Assembly: GCA_017999615.1 (NCBI GenBank)
Contig: JAGNLM010000001.1
Coordinates: forward strand, 614,739 to 678,738
Direction of reading: 5' to 3'
Length of the DNA stretch: 64,000 nt
DNA from: Gammaproteobacteria bacterium
Lineage (GTDB): Bacteria; Pseudomonadota; Gammaproteobacteria; JAABTG01
The notes under the pieces are model-generated. The model saw only the letters and a program-made list of their open reading frames with translations. It was not told the origin of the DNA and searched no databases. Below, one piece after another: positions 61,306-64,000 of the stretch. How positions within the stretch are numbered: the first letter of the stretch is position 1; every line of letters starts with the position of its first letter. The position numbers and the translations under genes were made by a program.

Positions 61306-62028
61306 TTGACGATGGTCTCGCTTGGAACATGGCTTCGGTCGCGCGCCCTGTGGAGCGGAGCCTGCCTGGTGGCCCTGCTGCCCCTCGCAGCGGTGGGTGA
61401 CGGGGCGAGCGACGAGGTGAGCGACAAGCCCGCGGTCGCCCGACCGGCGCCCCGCACCCTGGAGACGGTCCACCCGGAGGCGAACCCCGCCAAGACAGTG
61501 GACGGCCAGGCGCCGTTCGAGGAAGCCCCGCTGTTCCGGGTCGTCACCCGGAAGAAGGACTCGGACATGCACCCCTGCGGGGATTGCCACGACGAGACGC
61601 TGTCGGACTTCAAGCCGCGGGACCTGCAGCGGCCCCACGACGACTTCAAGCTCGAGCACGGGCTGCACGGCCGCGGCGAGTTCTGGTGCTTCACCTGCCA
61701 TCGCGTGAAGGGCACGGGCGGCCTGAAGACGATGGAGAGCGAGCGGCTCGGGTTCGACGACGCCTACGTCATCTGTTCCCAGTGCCACGCCCAGGAAGCC
61801 CGGGACTGGACCCACGGCGCCCACGGCAAGCGCGTGGGGGGCTGGGAGGGAGACCGCACGCTGCTCAGTTGCACCGTCTGCCACTTCCAGCACCGCCCGA
61901 AGATGGACCCGCGCAAGGCCGAGGAGCCTCCGCCGGTGCGCCGGGGCCTCCCTCGCCAGGACACCAATCCCCACGAGCCGTTGCCGGTGTGGGAGCGCCA
62001 CGGGGCCCAGGGCCCGGTGACCAAGTGA
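61306..62028 (+). CDS. periplasmic tetraheme c-type cytochrome
   Basis: Signal peptide; four CxxCH motifs (CGDCH, CFTCH, CSQCH, CTVCH); about 240 aa. Confidence 0.65.
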   Translation: MTMVSLGTWLRSRALWSGACLVALLPLAAVGDGASDEVSDKPAVARPAPRTLETVHPEANPAKTVDGQAPFEEAPLFRVVTRKKDSDMHPCGDCHDETLSDFKPRDLQRPHDDFKLEHGLHGRGEFWCFTCHRVKGTGGLKTMESERLGFDDAYVICSQCHAQEARDWTHGAHGKRVGGWEGDRTLLSCTVCHFQHRPKMDPRKAEEPPPVRRGLPRQDTNPHEPLPVWERHGAQGPVTK

Positions 62029-62082
62029 CCGGGTAACTCGGCGGCACCCAAACATCCGGATCGAACACGTACACGGACAACG

Positions 62083-63018
62083 TTGGCCATGAGCGACCAC
62101 GACCAGCACGACGACGCACCCGACCGCGCCCGCCGGCGCTTCCTGCAGCGGGTCGGTACCGTGGCAGCCGCAGCCGCGGCGGCCCCGGCGAGCGAGGGGG
62201 CCTGGGGCGGCAAGACCCTCGAGGACGCCCTGGGGGAGTTCTTCCAGGACAACTACCGGCGCATGACGCCGGAAGAGGTGAAGGAGGCGATCGGGCGCAT
62301 CGAGCGCCGGGCGAAGCGCCTGTACGGCGTGGACATCACCGTCGGCAACGAGCCGCCGCTGCCCGGGGTCGTCTTCGGGTACGCGATCAACGTCTCCAAG
62401 TGCCGCGGATACCGGGACTGCGTTCGCGCCTGCGGCGAGGAGAACAACCAGAGCCTCGACATGCAGTACATCCGGGTGCTGCAGCTCGACCAGGGCAGCC
62501 TGAACTTCGAGCAGGCCGAGCACTACTACCCGGGCGACCAGGTCCCGGTCGAGGGCAAGCACTACGTCCCGGTGCAGTGCCAGCAGTGCGACAACCCCCC
62601 GTGCGTGAAGGCCTGCCCGGTCGGCGCGACCTGGAAGGAGCCCGACGGCGTCGTGGTGGTCGACTACGACTGGTGCATCGGTTGCCGGTACTGCATGGCG
62701 GCCTGCCCTTACCAGGCCCGCGTGTTCAACTGGGGCGCGCCGGACCTGCCGGCCGAGCGCATCAACCCCAAGACCCACTACCTCGGCAACCGCCCGCGGC
62801 AGGCCGGATCGGTCGAGAAGTGCCACTTCTGCCTGCAGCGCACGCGCGTCGGCAAGCTGCCCGCCTGTCAGGAGGCCTGCCCGACCGGGGCACGGGTGTT
62901 CGGGAACCTGCTCGATCCGGAGAGCGAGATCCGCTACGTGCTCGAGCACAAGGTCGTCTTCCGGCTGAAGGAGGACGTGGGGACCGAGCCGAAATTCTGG
63001 TACTACCGGGACGTCTGA
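62083..63018 (+). CDS. Tat-exported 4x[4Fe-4S] ferredoxin-type protein (NrfC/HybA-like)
   Basis: Twin-arginine RRRFLQRVGTVAAAAAAA; Cys clusters CRGYRDCVRACGEEN, CQQCDNPPCVKACP, CIGCRYCMAACP, CHFCLQRTRVGKLPACQEACP. Confidence 0.8.
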   Translation: MAMSDHDQHDDAPDRARRRFLQRVGTVAAAAAAAPASEGAWGGKTLEDALGEFFQDNYRRMTPEEVKEAIGRIERRAKRLYGVDITVGNEPPLPGVVFGYAINVSKCRGYRDCVRACGEENNQSLDMQYIRVLQLDQGSLNFEQAEHYYPGDQVPVEGKHYVPVQCQQCDNPPCVKACPVGATWKEPDGVVVVDYDWCIGCRYCMAACPYQARVFNWGAPDLPAERINPKTHYLGNRPRQAGSVEKCHFCLQRTRVGKLPACQEACPTGARVFGNLLDPESEIRYVLEHKVVFRLKEDVGTEPKFWYYRDV

Positions 63019-63031
63019 GGAGGGGTGAGGC

Positions 63032-64000
63032 GTGGCCCTGTTTCGATTCCTTTCCAATGGAGTGCGGCATGCCTTCCGGGGCTCGCCGACCTACTGGGCG
63101 TGGCTGGGATTCCTGGTGCTGGTGATCGCGAACGGGCTGTGGGCCTATTCGCACCAGCTGTCCGAGGGGCTCATCGCCACGAACATGAGCAGCCAGGTCT
63201 CCTGGGGCTTCTACATCGCGAACTTCACCTACCTGGTGGGGGTCGCCGCGGCGGCCGTGCTGCTCGTCATTCCCGCCTACATCTTCCATCGCCAGGACGT
63301 GAAGGACGTGGTGCTGCTCGGCGACACCATGGCGGTCGCCGCGGTGATCATGGCGATCCTGTTCGTGGTGGTCGATCTGGGGCGGCCGGACCGCATCTGG
63401 CATCTGCTGCCGGGGGTTGGCATCTTCAACTTCCCGACCTCGATGCTGGCCTGGGACGTGGTGGTGCTCTCGGGCTACCTGCTGCTGAACCTCGGGATCT
63501 CGTTCTACATCGTCTACAGCCACTACCGCGGCCGCCAGCCGGTGCTGCGCTATTACTTCCCCTTCGTGCTGCTGGCGATGTTCTGGGCGATCTCCATCCA
63601 CACCGTGACGGCCTTCCTGTTCTCCGCGAACAGCGGCCGGCCGTTCTGGTCGAACCCGCTGCTCGCGCCGCGGTTCATCGCCTCTGCGTTCGCCTCGGGA
63701 CCCGCGCTCAGCATCATCGCCCTCACCATCGTGCGCAAGACGACGCGCTACCCCGTGCAGCAGAGCGTGATCGACATGCTCTCGGTGGTGATGACGGTGG
63801 CGCTCCAGATCACGCTCTTCTTCGTGGGCGCGGAGCTCTTCACCGAGTTCTACAACGAGGGGCACCACGCGGCGTCCGCGCGCTACCTGTTCCTCGGCCT
63901 GCACGGGCACGGCGTGCTGGTGCCCTGGATCTGGACGGGCATCGGGATGCTCGCGGTGGCGGTCTTCATCCTGATGGTCCACCCGCTTCGCCGGCAGCCG
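63032..64000 (+). CDS. NrfD-family integral membrane protein (partial; continues past the window end)
   Basis: Frame not listed in the ORF track because no stop occurs in the window. GAGGAGGGG ribosome-binding site then a GTG at 63032; the hand translation VALFRFLSNGVRHAFRGSPTYWAWLGFLVLV... shows many TM helices typical of NrfD/PsrC. Confidence 0.6.
   Translation, partial: MALFRFLSNGVRHAFRGSPTYWAWLGFLVLVIANGLWAYSHQLSEGLIATNMSSQVSWGFYIANFTYLVGVAAAAVLLVIPAYIFHRQDVKDVVLLGDTMAVAAVIMAILFVVVDLGRPDRIWHLLPGVGIFNFPTSMLAWDVVVLSGYLLLNLGISFYIVYSHYRGRQPVLRYYFPFVLLAMFWAISIHTVTAFLFSANSGRPFWSNPLLAPRFIASAFASGPALSIIALTIVRKTTRYPVQQSVIDMLSVVMTVALQITLFFVGAELFTEFYNEGHHAASARYLFLGLHGHGVLVPWIWTGIGMLAVAVFILMVHPLRRQP

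Overview
This is a high-GC (roughly 65-70%) proteobacterial chromosomal segment. All calls below come from reading the six-frame translations and the DNA by eye; no database search was run.

The first ~47 kb is a conserved housekeeping backbone with E. coli-like synteny:
- a NYN/LabA-like gene, tRNA-Leu(UAG), then tig-clpP-clpX-lon-hupB, tRNA-Val(UAC), tRNA-Asp(GUC) and ppiD;
- convergent fabI;
- a yejABEF-like four-gene ABC importer (enlarged substrate-binding protein, two permeases, fused double ATPase);
- a Hanks Ser/Thr kinase fused to a cNMP-binding domain;
- mltD, a SAM methyltransferase, rnhA-dnaQ, sodB, argD-argF, surE-pcm-nlpD-rpoS, an Mth938-like gene and adk;
- a Lys/Ala-rich histone-H1-like protein, a HAD hydrolase and rppH;
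- a NapC-less napDAGHB periplasmic nitrate reductase operon preceded by an FNR/Dnr-type palindrome, then moeA;
- an OmpR-type two-component system, an M1 aminopeptidase divergent from a ChaN-PDZ fusion, yeiP (EF-P paralog), and a c-di-GMP trio (DUF3301, DUF3391-HD-GYP, degenerate GGDEF-EAL), then fkpA.

The last ~14 kb (50.3-64 kb) is the interesting part: a dense periplasmic redox/sulfur-relay island.
- A Tat-dependent Psr/Phs-type molybdopterin oxidoreductase (A, B and NrfD-like C subunits).
- A Cys-less rhodanese lipoprotein with a (PAA)n arm ending in a C-terminal cysteine.
- Two tandem paralogous three-rhodanese-domain periplasmic proteins.
- A single ORF fusing an 11-heme c-type cytochrome to a retropepsin-like (DTGS/GMD) aspartic protease domain. 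I do not recognise this architecture.
- A divergently transcribed Nrf/Sir/Mcc-like module: pentaheme cytochrome, tetraheme cytochrome, Tat FeS protein and an NrfD-like membrane subunit that runs off the window end.

No CRISPR array, integrase or obvious mobile element was seen. Many long antisense ORFs in the six-frame track are GC-rich frame artefacts.
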